Shown here: positions 10,983-19,249 of the stretch, in pieces | Position numbering within the stretch: the first letter of the stretch is position 1 | Layout: every line of letters starts with the position of its first letter | The notes under the pieces: generated by a model | Seen by the model: the letters and a program-made list of their open reading frames with translations, nothing else | The model's database searches: none | Told to the model about the DNA's origin: nothing | Assembly: GCA_900547855.1 (NCBI GenBank) | Contig: URIK01000001.1 | Span: 1 to 51,109, forward strand | Source: an uncultured Collinsella sp. | GTDB taxonomy: Bacteria; Actinomycetota; Coriobacteriia; Coriobacteriales; Coriobacteriaceae | Reading direction: 5' to 3' | DNA length: 51,109 bases | Made by a program: the position numbers and the translations under genes

Positions 10983-11848
10983 GACAGGCCCTCCATATTC
11001 AAAAATGGCGAAGGGTCATCAAAGTACTTTGACACCAGACGTTCCATGGTGCCATCGGCAAGCATTTCTTGGTAGGCACGGGTGAGTTTAACGTCGATGC
11101 CGCGCGTATCGTTGATATCGAAAGCGGTGCCCAAACCAACCTCTAGCAGCGGCTCATCCAAAATGCGATACGTCACACCATAGTCTTTTTCGTAGGTGAG
11201 CAGCGAGGACTCATGCGCGGCGATGGCGTCGACCAGACCTTCGACGAGCGCCGGGTTCAGGTATGAGCGGTCCGAAAAGCAGTAGAGCTCTTTGATCTGC
11301 GGAACGTTTTCATTTGTATGATTGAGCAAAATGTCCTCGGGCTTGGTGGTGGACTGGACCGCCACGACCTTATCCTCAAGATCGGCAAGCGTGTAGATAT
11401 CGCTCTGGGGATCGACCGCGACCACCTGGCGGCTCGCAAGGTACGGGCCGGCCCAACGATACTCGTTTTCGCGACCCGTCATGCTAAAGCTGCCCATGAC
11501 ACAATCGAGCTCGCCGCTCGCCAGCAGCTCGTTCTTCTTTTCCCAATCGATCAGCTGGTACTTTGGCTTGTAACCAATGCGGGCCAAAGCCTCGGTCAAT
11601 ATCTCGACATCCAGGCCAACGATATCGCCGTACTCGTCGGTATACACAAACGGTGGATAGAGGTCGCTGCCGACGTTGAGCGTCTTGAGGTCGTCGTCTT
11701 TGACTTGCGAGGCGTCCAAACCTTCTAATGCAGACGTCGAGGCTTCGTCATTACGCCCAGAACAGCCAGCTATCGCTACGACAAAGGCGCACGCTACCGC
11801 AAGCGCAACAAACAACGATATGGCAACCGAGCGACGGGGTCTTTTCAT
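10979..11848 (-). CDS. Amino-acid-type (family 3) substrate-binding lipoprotein
   Basis: Lipobox IAGC, YPPF, GLDVEI, SFSMTGRE; 4-nt overlap with the kinase start. Confidence 0.85.
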   Translation of the reverse strand: MKRPRRSVAISLFVALAVACAFVVAIAGCSGRNDEASTSALEGLDASQVKDDDLKTLNVGSDLYPPFVYTDEYGDIVGLDVEILTEALARIGYKPKYQLIDWEKKNELLASGELDCVMGSFSMTGRENEYRWAGPYLASRQVVAVDPQSDIYTLADLEDKVVAVQSTTKPEDILLNHTNENVPQIKELYCFSDRSYLNPALVEGLVDAIAAHESSLLTYEKDYGVTYRILDEPLLEVGLGTAFDINDTRGIDVKLTRAYQEMLADGTMERLVSKYFDDPSPFLNMEGLS

Positions 11849-11940
11849 CGAGCTCCAGACGATCCTGTTTACAGACTGAAATGGTAGAAAATAATAGCAA
11901 ACAAAACCACACGAGTGCCCAATGGTTACAGACGTTTTAC

Positions 11941-11982
11941 CATGCGGGGCCTTCCAGCCGACTTGGCAGAAGGCCCCGCATG
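11941..11982. terminator. Hairpin after patB-like gene
   Basis: CATGCGGGGCCTTC...GAAGGCCCCGCATG. Confidence 0.6.
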
Positions 11983-11992
11983 CAGTGCTCAC

Positions 11993-13207
11993 TTACCGTG
12001 CATTAAAAACGTAGTGGTCCAGGCGGTCGCACGCCTCCCTTACGCGCGAAAGCGGCAGCGCCAGATTCACGCGAATGTGGCAGGGCCCGTGGAACGGACG
12101 GCCATCCTGGTAGCCAACGCCCACGCGCGCCCCCTCGTCGAGCAACCACTGAATATCGCGGCCATGCTCGCGGCACCACTCGGTGCAGTCCAGAAACACC
12201 ATGTACGTGCCCTGCGGACGCGAATAGGACACGCCCTCAAAATGCTCGTCCACGTAATTGCAGAAGTACTCGATATTGCCGGCAAGCACCTGATTGAGCT
12301 CGTCCACCCACTCATAGCCCTGCGGCTGGTAGGCACCGATAAGCGCATGCATGGAGAGGACATTCGTCTCGTTGTAGTGGGTCTTGTTGGACACGGCGCA
12401 CACGCGGTCGCGCAGCGTCTCGTTATAGATGATGTGGTAGCTGCCGACCAGGCCCGCCAGGTTGAACGTCTTGCTGGGCGCGTAGAGGGCAACCGTGCGC
12501 ATGCGGGCATCCTCGCTCACCGACTGCGTCGGGATATGCTTGTGCCCCGGCAGGATGATATCGGACCAAATCTCGTCCGAGATCACCACGCAATCGTGCT
12601 GGCGATAGATGTCCATGGCGCGCTCGATCTCGTCGCGCTCCCATACGCGGCCGCAGGGATTGTGCGGCGAGCAGAACACCGCAGCATGGATGTGGTTTTG
12701 GGCGAGCTTGTGCTCCATGTCCTCAAAGTCCATACGCCACACGCCCTGATCGTCGAGCTTAAGCGGGCTGTGGACAATACGATAGCCCGCGGCCTCGATG
12801 GACTTGGTAAAGCCGATGTAGGTAGGGCTGTGGACCAGCACCGCATCGCCCGGCTGAACATACGCACGCAGTGTCGACACGACACCGCCCAGCACGCCGT
12901 TTTCGTAGCCGATATGCTCAGGGCGCAGGCCCTCGACGCCATTGCGGCGGCTCTGCCATTCGATGATGCGGTCGAAGTACTCGGCGCGCGGGTTAAAGTA
13001 GCCAAACATGGGATGCTGAGCGCGCTGAATGATGTGCTCCTGGACCGTGGGCACCGTGGCAAAATTCATGTCGGCCACCCACATGGGAATGCGGTCGAAG
13101 CCCTCGTCGGGTGCGTTCGGAGCCATACCGGGGATCTCGCCCCAAGAGTCAACGGCGATGGCATCCATGCCGTGGCGGTCGATAAGCGAGCTAAAGTCGT
13201 ATTTCAT
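11993..13207 (-). CDS. patB: MalY/PatB family PLP-dependent enzyme (cystathionine beta-lyase-like)
   Basis: PMWVADMNF, CSPHNPCGRVW, SDEI, APSKTFNLAG. Confidence 0.88.
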   Translation of the reverse strand: MKYDFSSLIDRHGMDAIAVDSWGEIPGMAPNAPDEGFDRIPMWVADMNFATVPTVQEHIIQRAQHPMFGYFNPRAEYFDRIIEWQSRRNGVEGLRPEHIGYENGVLGGVVSTLRAYVQPGDAVLVHSPTYIGFTKSIEAAGYRIVHSPLKLDDQGVWRMDFEDMEHKLAQNHIHAAVFCSPHNPCGRVWERDEIERAMDIYRQHDCVVISDEIWSDIILPGHKHIPTQSVSEDARMRTVALYAPSKTFNLAGLVGSYHIIYNETLRDRVCAVSNKTHYNETNVLSMHALIGAYQPQGYEWVDELNQVLAGNIEYFCNYVDEHFEGVSYSRPQGTYMVFLDCTEWCREHGRDIQWLLDEGARVGVGYQDGRPFHGPCHIRVNLALPLSRVREACDRLDHYVFNAR

Positions 13208-13318
13208 GCTGAGCCCCCGTACAAAGTGATTGTTTTGGTAGGCGTTATTGTCCACCAGCGTGGGCGGTTTTGGCGCGGAGTTTGGCGCTTAATTTGACGG
13301 GTGCGGACGAATGGCTGG

Positions 13319-14065
13319 TTAGTCTTGCGCGTCGTTGACGGCGACTACGGTTAGCTGGGTTTCGTCGACCGTAAACGATATGTCGAGTCCGGCGTAGGCC
13401 AGATGATAGACGCGGTTTGGCTCGTGCTTGCTGCCCGCGCGGCGCGGATCTTGGCGTAGAACCTCGACCAAGCCAGAAATCTTTGCGGGCGGGACCGTAT
13501 CCTGCAGAGCTTGCGGAAACTCAACATCGAGCTCTTGCCACGGAGCATCCTCAATCCAGCCGCCGGTCGCATCCGAGTGGCAATCCGCAAACGGGATGTA
13601 GGGCTTAATGTCGTAGATGGGCGTGCCGTCACGCAGGTCGGCCCCCAGCACATGGATGATGGGGCCATCGTCGGTGAACTCGACACGATCGAGCTTGACG
13701 CAGGTGAGACCGATGGGATTAGGGCGAAACGGGCTGCGCGTAGCAAAGACGCCCACACGCTCGGCTCCACCCAGGCGCGGCGGACGCACGGTCTTCGACC
13801 ATTTTGCGTTGGTACCGGATCTGTCCTGCGTTTTGGCATCGGCGGCTATGTCCTTAGCCGTGCCACCGGGCGTTCCGTTTTCGAAGCGCCACAACAGCCA
13901 CAGGTGAGAGAAGGAGTCCAGACCCTCAACCGCTGCATTGGGGGCAAATTCCGGCTCAAAAACGATGCGTCCCTGCAGATGAGGCGCCAAAAAGCTGTTG
14001 CGCGGAATGCCGAACTTCTGCGGCAGGTCGGTATGTATGTGTGCAATAGGTTCCATGCCGGTCAT
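13319..14065 (-). CDS. tsaA: tRNA m6t6A37 methyltransferase TrmO
   Basis: KFGIPR, VRPPRLGG, GVFATRSPFRPNPIG, DGTPIYDIKPY. Confidence 0.92.
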   Translation of the reverse strand: MTGMEPIAHIHTDLPQKFGIPRNSFLAPHLQGRIVFEPEFAPNAAVEGLDSFSHLWLLWRFENGTPGGTAKDIAADAKTQDRSGTNAKWSKTVRPPRLGGAERVGVFATRSPFRPNPIGLTCVKLDRVEFTDDGPIIHVLGADLRDGTPIYDIKPYIPFADCHSDATGGWIEDAPWQELDVEFPQALQDTVPPAKISGLVEVLRQDPRRAGSKHEPNRVYHLAYAGLDISFTVDETQLTVVAVNDAQD

Positions 14066-14197
14066 TGTACGGCATGGAGGCGTGGGGCGTTGCGCGCAAT
14101 TCTTCGCCGCGGACTCCTGTCATGCAACCAACGGTTGCTTGGAAGGGCGCCTGCCGCCGCGTATGCTTAAGCCATCAACCAGCAGAAAGGAGCCGCT

Positions 14198-15025
14198 ATG
14201 GCCTTTGCAGAAAAGCTCATTGCCATCCGTCGCGCCCATCACCTTACCCAAGAGCAGCTCGCCGCCAAACTCTTTGTCACGCGCCAAGCCGTCAGCCGTT
14301 GGGAGCGCGACGAGGTCACCCCGGGCATCGACATGATGAAGCTCATTGCCGCCGTAACCGGAGAGCCGTTGTCCCACCTGCTCGAAATGCCCGAGCACTA
14401 TTGCCAGAGCTGCGGCATGATACTCACGCCCGACGACTGCGGCACCGATGCTGCGGGCACAGCGACCGATCATTACTGCAAGTGGTGCTACGACCACGGC
14501 CAGTACACCTACGACACCACCATGGAGGCAATGATCGAGGACTGTGCCCCGCGGCTGGCGCAAAACACCGGCATGTCGCTCGACGAAGCCGTCTCGCTCA
14601 TGGGCGCCGTCCTGCCGCAACTGGAACGTTGGCGCGCCGTGCAGGAAAACGAGGAGCGCTACGGCGCCGAAGCGCAAGCGCGCTATGGCGATGAGGCTAT
14701 CGATGCGGCAAACGAAACGTTACTGGACATGGATTCTCAGACATGGAACGACATGAAAGAACTTGAACGCGCTATTCTGGGTCAGCTCTCGATTGCCATG
14801 AGCGACGGCGAACCGGATGGAAGCGAGGCTCGCAAGCTTGTCGCGATTCATCGTCGCTGGATTGCTCTCAACTGGGGATGCGAGCCCCAAGACGAGGCGT
14901 ACCTGGGCCTCGCCCACGGCTATCTTGCCGACCAGCGCTTTGTTGACTACTACGACAAGCCCTGCGGCACCGGAGCCACGGCGTTTCTGGTCCAGGCCAT
15001 CGAGTCGTCGTTGACGCGCGCATAG
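14198..15025 (+). CDS. Xre-HTH / zinc ribbon / TipAS-like fusion regulator
   Basis: LTQEQLAAKLFVTRQAVSRWE; CQSCGM...YCKWCY; C-terminal EAQARYG...YLADQRFVDYYD...G.TAFL. Confidence 0.82.
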   Translation: MAFAEKLIAIRRAHHLTQEQLAAKLFVTRQAVSRWERDEVTPGIDMMKLIAAVTGEPLSHLLEMPEHYCQSCGMILTPDDCGTDAAGTATDHYCKWCYDHGQYTYDTTMEAMIEDCAPRLAQNTGMSLDEAVSLMGAVLPQLERWRAVQENEERYGAEAQARYGDEAIDAANETLLDMDSQTWNDMKELERAILGQLSIAMSDGEPDGSEARKLVAIHRRWIALNWGCEPQDEAYLGLAHGYLADQRFVDYYDKPCGTGATAFLVQAIESSLTRA

Positions 15026-15076
15026 ACCGCGGCGGCTTTGGGTATTTCAATCAAAACCTCAACCGATTGGAGACCT

Positions 15077-15322
15077 ATGGCTACTGATCATGAGCTCGCG
15101 CTGTACGTTATGACCGGCTGCCCGTATTGCATAAAGGTCAAGCGCTTTCTGGCCGATAACGGCGTGACCATCCCTGAGTGCAACATCTCGACCGATTCCG
15201 ATGCCGAACAGACACTTATCGCCGTCGGCGGAAAACGCCAGGTTCCCTGCCTGTTCATCGACGGCAAACCACTCTACGAGTCGAGCGACATCATCGCGTG
15301 GGTGCAGAAGAACCTGCTCTAG
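15077..15322 (+). CDS. Glutaredoxin family protein
   Basis: CPYC active site, GGKRQVPCLFIDG, YESSDI; GGAG RBS. Confidence 0.9.
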   Translation: MATDHELALYVMTGCPYCIKVKRFLADNGVTIPECNISTDSDAEQTLIAVGGKRQVPCLFIDGKPLYESSDIIAWVQKNLL

Positions 15323-15362
15323 CACGCGCATTGCAACCGGCCCACCCCAACCCATACGGCCG

Positions 15363-15427
15363 AACATGTACGCCAGTATCCAAAGTCGACATTTTTCGAC
15401 ATCTTTGGATGCTGGCGTACAGCTTTT
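15363..15427. repeat. REP-like palindrome, family B, copy 1
   Basis: 65-bp unit with arms TGTACGCCAGTATCCAAAG / CTTTGGATGCTGGCGTACA; direct copy at 16443-16507 (3 mismatches). Confidence 0.9.
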
Positions 15428-15520
15428 GGGTAGTCACGGACGCTCTTAGCCGGCTAATTGTTTGAGGCGACCTTTGGATTATGGCTGTTTGACGCCTCTG
15501 GAAAGGTTTCCGAGAGGGCT

Positions 15521-15750
15521 GTGGTCAAAAAAGGGCAAATATGAGTACTGCTACCTGTTTAGTAGCAGCGATTTTGATCACTTCAGGAACTATTCAACGT
15601 TCCACTCGTCCGCAGACGACGTTGTTTCTCCTCATATGTTCAATAAAAGTAGCTCCTAATGGGAACAAATCTCATCAGGAGCTACTATTTATAGCAAAAT
15701 AAATGCAACCATAATGGCAACAGTACTCATATTTGCCCTTTTTTGACCAC
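15521..15750. mobile_element. MITE/REPIN-like element with perfect 30-bp inverted ends
   Basis: GTGGTCAAAAAAGGGCAAATATGAGTACTG at 15521-15550 and its exact reverse complement at 15721-15750; AT-rich interior with a nested hairpin. Confidence 0.5.
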
Positions 15751-15849
15751 GACCCTCCAGAATAGTCGCTGAGAACGACACTAAATGACAAAATCCGGCA
15801 CTTGGACGTTCTTATATGAGTAGCCATTGAAGGACACCTAACGACTACT

Positions 15850-15897
15850 CCCATTCGCGACACACTGTGTCGCGAATTAAGCTGGTCCCATTACCGA
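15850..15897 (+). pseudogene. Remnant of a DUF1016/YhcG-family gene
   Basis: Translates as PIRDTLCRELSWSHYR; LSWSHY is typical of the DUF1016 N-terminal domain; no surrounding ORF. Confidence 0.5.
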
Positions 15898-16153
15898 AGA
15901 CCAGTGAGAGCTCCTGCCCAGAATCTCGATAGCTTAATAAAGCGCTCCCCTCCGGAAGTTCAATGGGCATCCAAATTCCAAGCTGAAAAGCAAAGGAGTA
16001 TCGAAGCCGTCAATGCTCATTTCCTATCGAACACGCGGGTCAAAACAAGCTAATTAGCCTGATAAACTGTTTATATTTTTGTCTACAAAACTGTATACAA
16101 AAAGAGTATCCGTTGACCTGTGCTCGACATTATGCCGATCGATAGGAGGCGCT

Positions 16154-16420
16154 ATGGACGCTAAGCAGCTCGAAAAGATGATGGGGTTTGCTCCCGGAGA
16201 GTTGGAGAAAGCCGCGAAGGCATACGAAAAAGATGAATGGCCGAAGGGTCGCACCATCAAGCTGGGAAGGCCGTCGATCTCCGATGAGCCAAGCGTCGTT
16301 ATAACAGCACGTGTGGGCGAATCGATTCTTGAGGCGTTTGACGAAAAAGCCAAACGCCATGGGCAAACACGCACGGAGCGGCTCAGAGAGCTCATTACAC
16401 TTGATGCACTGATTGCCTAG
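16154..16420 (+). CDS. Ribbon-helix-helix (CopG-like) protein
   Basis: AGGAGG RBS; GRP..., VITARV (strand), TRTERLRELI (helix). Confidence 0.75.
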   Translation: MDAKQLEKMMGFAPGELEKAAKAYEKDEWPKGRTIKLGRPSISDEPSVVITARVGESILEAFDEKAKRHGQTRTERLRELITLDALIA

Positions 16421-16442
16421 GCCCGCTCCCCCGTCGGACCCA

Positions 16443-16507
16443 AACATGTACGCCAGCATCCAAAGTCGACATTTTTCGACATCTTTGGATGCTAGTGTAC
16501 AGCTTTT
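16443..16507. repeat. REP-like palindrome, family B, copy 2
   Basis: Near-identical to 15363-15427. Confidence 0.9.
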
Positions 16508-16514
16508 TGCTACA

Positions 16515-16570
16515 TAGTCGTTGGGGACGTCCTTAAATGACCAGTCGTTAAAGAACGCCCCCGATGACTA
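16515..16570. repeat. REP-like palindrome, family A, copy 2 (degenerate)
   Basis: TAGTCGTTGGGGACGT..TTAAATGACCAGTC..AAGAACGCCCCCGATGACTA, similar to 5248-5301. Confidence 0.7.
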
Positions 16571-16571
16571 G

Positions 16572-17525
16572 TTAGCCGTGGAAGCGAGCTGTGGGTGCAA
16601 GCGGCTGTTCGCGAAAGACGCGCTCGACGGCAGCGCGGTATTCGTCGACCTTTTTGGTCTTGCGTACGATCTTGTGGACGGTAGCGGGATCAGCGAAAGC
16701 GCACTTGGCGTAGAACCACCACTCCTTCATGCGGAAGACCGCATTGCCGCCAATCTCTTCTGCATATGCCGCAAACAGCGTGTCGTGGAAGCGCTGCAGC
16801 TCAGCAGCCGTTGCAGCAGGGCCGCCCTTGACCATGCGAGCCAGAGCGGGGTTCGCGAGCAGGCCACGCCCCAACATCACATGGCGCGTGCCGGGATAGG
16901 CCTCCACCAGCGCATCCATATCCTCAAGATCAAAAATATCGCCGTTATAGGCAACCGGGAACGGCGCACGCTCCAGCGTCTCGCCATAAAACTCTTTGCG
17001 CGGCGAGCCCGCATAACGGTCCTTCTGCACGCGCGGATGCACGATCAGCTCTGCCAGCGGCATGCGGCAATATAGATCGAGTACGCGCTCGTATTCGTCG
17101 TCGCTCTCCAACCCCAACCTGGTCTTGACCGATACCGGCAGCGGAGAGCGCTCACACACGTCACTCAAGAACACCTCAAGTTCGTCGAGATTACGCAAGA
17201 AACCCGAGCCCTTGCCCTTGGCGACAACCGTCCCCGAGGGGCAACCCAAGTTGAGATTGACCTCGCGATAGCCCATGTCGGCGAGCACCTGTGCCGCCCA
17301 CACAAACTCGTCCGCGTTCTTGGACATCAGCTGAGGCACCACGTTGAGCCCCTGGTTATTGGCAGGATCGATCTCCTTAAACGCCTTGCCACCAAAGCGG
17401 TTTCCCACCCGCGGCGGCGGCAAAAACGGCGTGTAATAGCAATCGAGCGCACCGAAGCACTCCGCATGCACGCGACGGAACACATGCCCGGTAATCCCCT
17501 CCATAGGGGCAAGCGAAAGAATCAT
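16572..17525 (-). CDS. tRNA-dihydrouridine synthase family protein
   Basis: LAPMEG, NLNLGCP, SVKTRLG, VHPR, NGDI, MLGRG. Confidence 0.93.
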   Translation of the reverse strand: MILSLAPMEGITGHVFRRVHAECFGALDCYYTPFLPPPRVGNRFGGKAFKEIDPANNQGLNVVPQLMSKNADEFVWAAQVLADMGYREVNLNLGCPSGTVVAKGKGSGFLRNLDELEVFLSDVCERSPLPVSVKTRLGLESDDEYERVLDLYCRMPLAELIVHPRVQKDRYAGSPRKEFYGETLERAPFPVAYNGDIFDLEDMDALVEAYPGTRHVMLGRGLLANPALARMVKGGPAATAAELQRFHDTLFAAYAEEIGGNAVFRMKEWWFYAKCAFADPATVHKIVRKTKKVDEYRAAVERVFREQPLAPTARFHG

Positions 17526-17549
17526 CTACTCTTCTCTCATATCAACACA

Positions 17550-17574
17550 ACAAAGGGGCCGTCCCTTTGTCACA
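17550..17574. repeat. REP-like palindrome, family C, copy 1
   Basis: ACAAAGGGGCCGTCCCTTTGTCACA. Confidence 0.7.
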
Positions 17575-17658
17575 TGCATTATGCCTTGCGCTTCAGGCGA
17601 TTCACAAGGAAGAGGTAGCTACTGAACGATGACCACCCTCCAGCCGCACCCCATACAA

Positions 17659-17840
17659 CGAGGTCTAATACTTTTCCCGAGAAGTGAACGAGTGAAAACG
17701 GGCCCCGAAGCATCTGCACTTTCGAGATGCAATTTCCTGCGGTTTTGCCAGCCAAATCCTGCGGGTTTGACGTCTAAAAATGTCGATGCTTCGGAGGCCC
17801 AAGTATGGCCGTTCACTTCTCGGAAAAGTATTAGACCTCG
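17659..17840. mobile_element. MITE/REPIN-like long hairpin element
   Basis: ~31-bp inverted ends CGAGGTCTAATACTTTTCC(C)GAGAAGTGAACG plus inner arms GGCCCCGAAGCATC / GATGCTTCGGAGGCC; lies between two family C palindromes. Confidence 0.55.
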
Positions 17841-17856
17841 ATTTACATGCCACTCA

Positions 17857-17887
17857 ATGTGACAAAGTGGCTGCTCCTTTGTCACAT
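17857..17887. repeat. REP-like palindrome, family C, copy 2
   Basis: ATGTGACAAAGTGGCTGCTCCTTTGTCACAT. Confidence 0.75.
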
Positions 17888-17972
17888 TCGATGAAAAAGG
17901 GCACCGATGTTAGTCGATGCCCCAAAGCGGCTGCAGGTTAAGCCCTACAGCGTATGTCTAAGACGAATCGAA

Positions 17973-19238
17973 CTATTCGTCCCAGGAGAGGTTCTTACCA
18001 GTCTTTTTTGCCAGCAGCAAGAACAGGCCGATAATAACGTTGCATGCGATGCAGAAGATGAAGACGCCCTGGAAGGAGCCGACAAGCTCATAGACCTTCA
18101 TCATAACGGGCATGCCAAAGGCGCCGACGATATAGCCCACGGAGCAGATCAGCGCGAAGATGCGACCGAAATCGCGGGAGCCAAAGACATCCATAACCAA
18201 AACGGTCAGGGCAGTGCCAGCGATGACGTACATTACGTCGTTCACGCCTGCTGCGAGGATGCTGAGCGTCGAGTTGCCGCTGCTCATCATGAGCATGACA
18301 AAGGAGAGGATGGAGACAGCGAGCCAGCCCAGAATGGCCTTCGTGCTGCCGAACCTATCGCAAGTGGTGCCGACGATCGGATTGAGGAACAGATCGAAGA
18401 GCGATGCAGCGGATACCATGAAGCCGCCCACCATGGGGCTAAAACCAACCTCGGAAGCATACGTCGGGAAGAGCTGGTTCATGCAGCAAGTGAGCTGAAC
18501 AAGACAGAGGAAGCCGATGCAGAAGAAGAAGGCAGGCGACTTAATGGCGCGCGCATAGCTAACGCCACGCGTGCTATCCTCGGTCGTCTCCTCGGTCTCG
18601 GTGACCGTCTCGCCCTCGACGTAGCCATAGGGCAGCATGCCCTTGTCCTGAGGCTTGTAGCGGATGATCAGAATGGAAGCTGGGAGAATGAGCACTGCGG
18701 AAACACCGGCGAGCACCAGATAACCAGTTCTCCAGCCAGCGGCCTCGATGACAGAGGTGATGACGGGACTCATGATGAGCATGTAAATCGAGTTCACTGC
18801 CCAAGCGAGACCGATTGCCAGGCCACCAGATTTTTTGAACCACTGGTCAATAACGTCGGACATAGCGACGCCGGTGGTGAAGGCGAAGCAAACGCCAATC
18901 AGAGCGCCAGCGGCGATGAACATCCAGACTTCGGTGTAGAAGGCCATGCCTGCGCCGGCAGCGAGCAAAATAAGCTCGACAACGGGGAGCCAAACCTTGC
19001 CAACGACCTTGGGAATGAGTTTTCCGACAAACGGAAGAGCTGCCGCAAGACCAATGAGCGTTGCGGTGAAGTAATACGAGAAGATGGAATAGTCAAACCC
19101 GAACTCCTCGCACACGGGTGCGACGAAGGAGCCCGCGATGACGCTATAGGATCCGGTCGTGCCGGCAGACATAAGGCCGAGCGCGATTACGAGAACCCAT
19201 GCGTAAACCTTGCTGCTCTTTAACTTTGCATTTTCCAT
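17973..19238 (-). CDS. MFS transporter
   Basis: About 12 hydrophobic segments, WF.K.GLAIG, GTTCDRFG, FGSRDFGRI. Confidence 0.9.
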   Translation of the reverse strand: MENAKLKSSKVYAWVLVIALGLMSAGTTGSYSVIAGSFVAPVCEEFGFDYSIFSYYFTATLIGLAAALPFVGKLIPKVVGKVWLPVVELILLAAGAGMAFYTEVWMFIAAGALIGVCFAFTTGVAMSDVIDQWFKKSGGLAIGLAWAVNSIYMLIMSPVITSVIEAAGWRTGYLVLAGVSAVLILPASILIIRYKPQDKGMLPYGYVEGETVTETEETTEDSTRGVSYARAIKSPAFFFCIGFLCLVQLTCCMNQLFPTYASEVGFSPMVGGFMVSAASLFDLFLNPIVGTTCDRFGSTKAILGWLAVSILSFVMLMMSSGNSTLSILAAGVNDVMYVIAGTALTVLVMDVFGSRDFGRIFALICSVGYIVGAFGMPVMMKVYELVGSFQGVFIFCIACNVIIGLFLLLAKKTGKNLSWDE

Positions 19239-19249
19239 TGACGCAGCTC

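Noticed and set aside
15363..17887. Possible CRISPR array among the repeats
   Set aside because: Repeats are few, belong to different families and are irregularly spaced; no cas genes are present.
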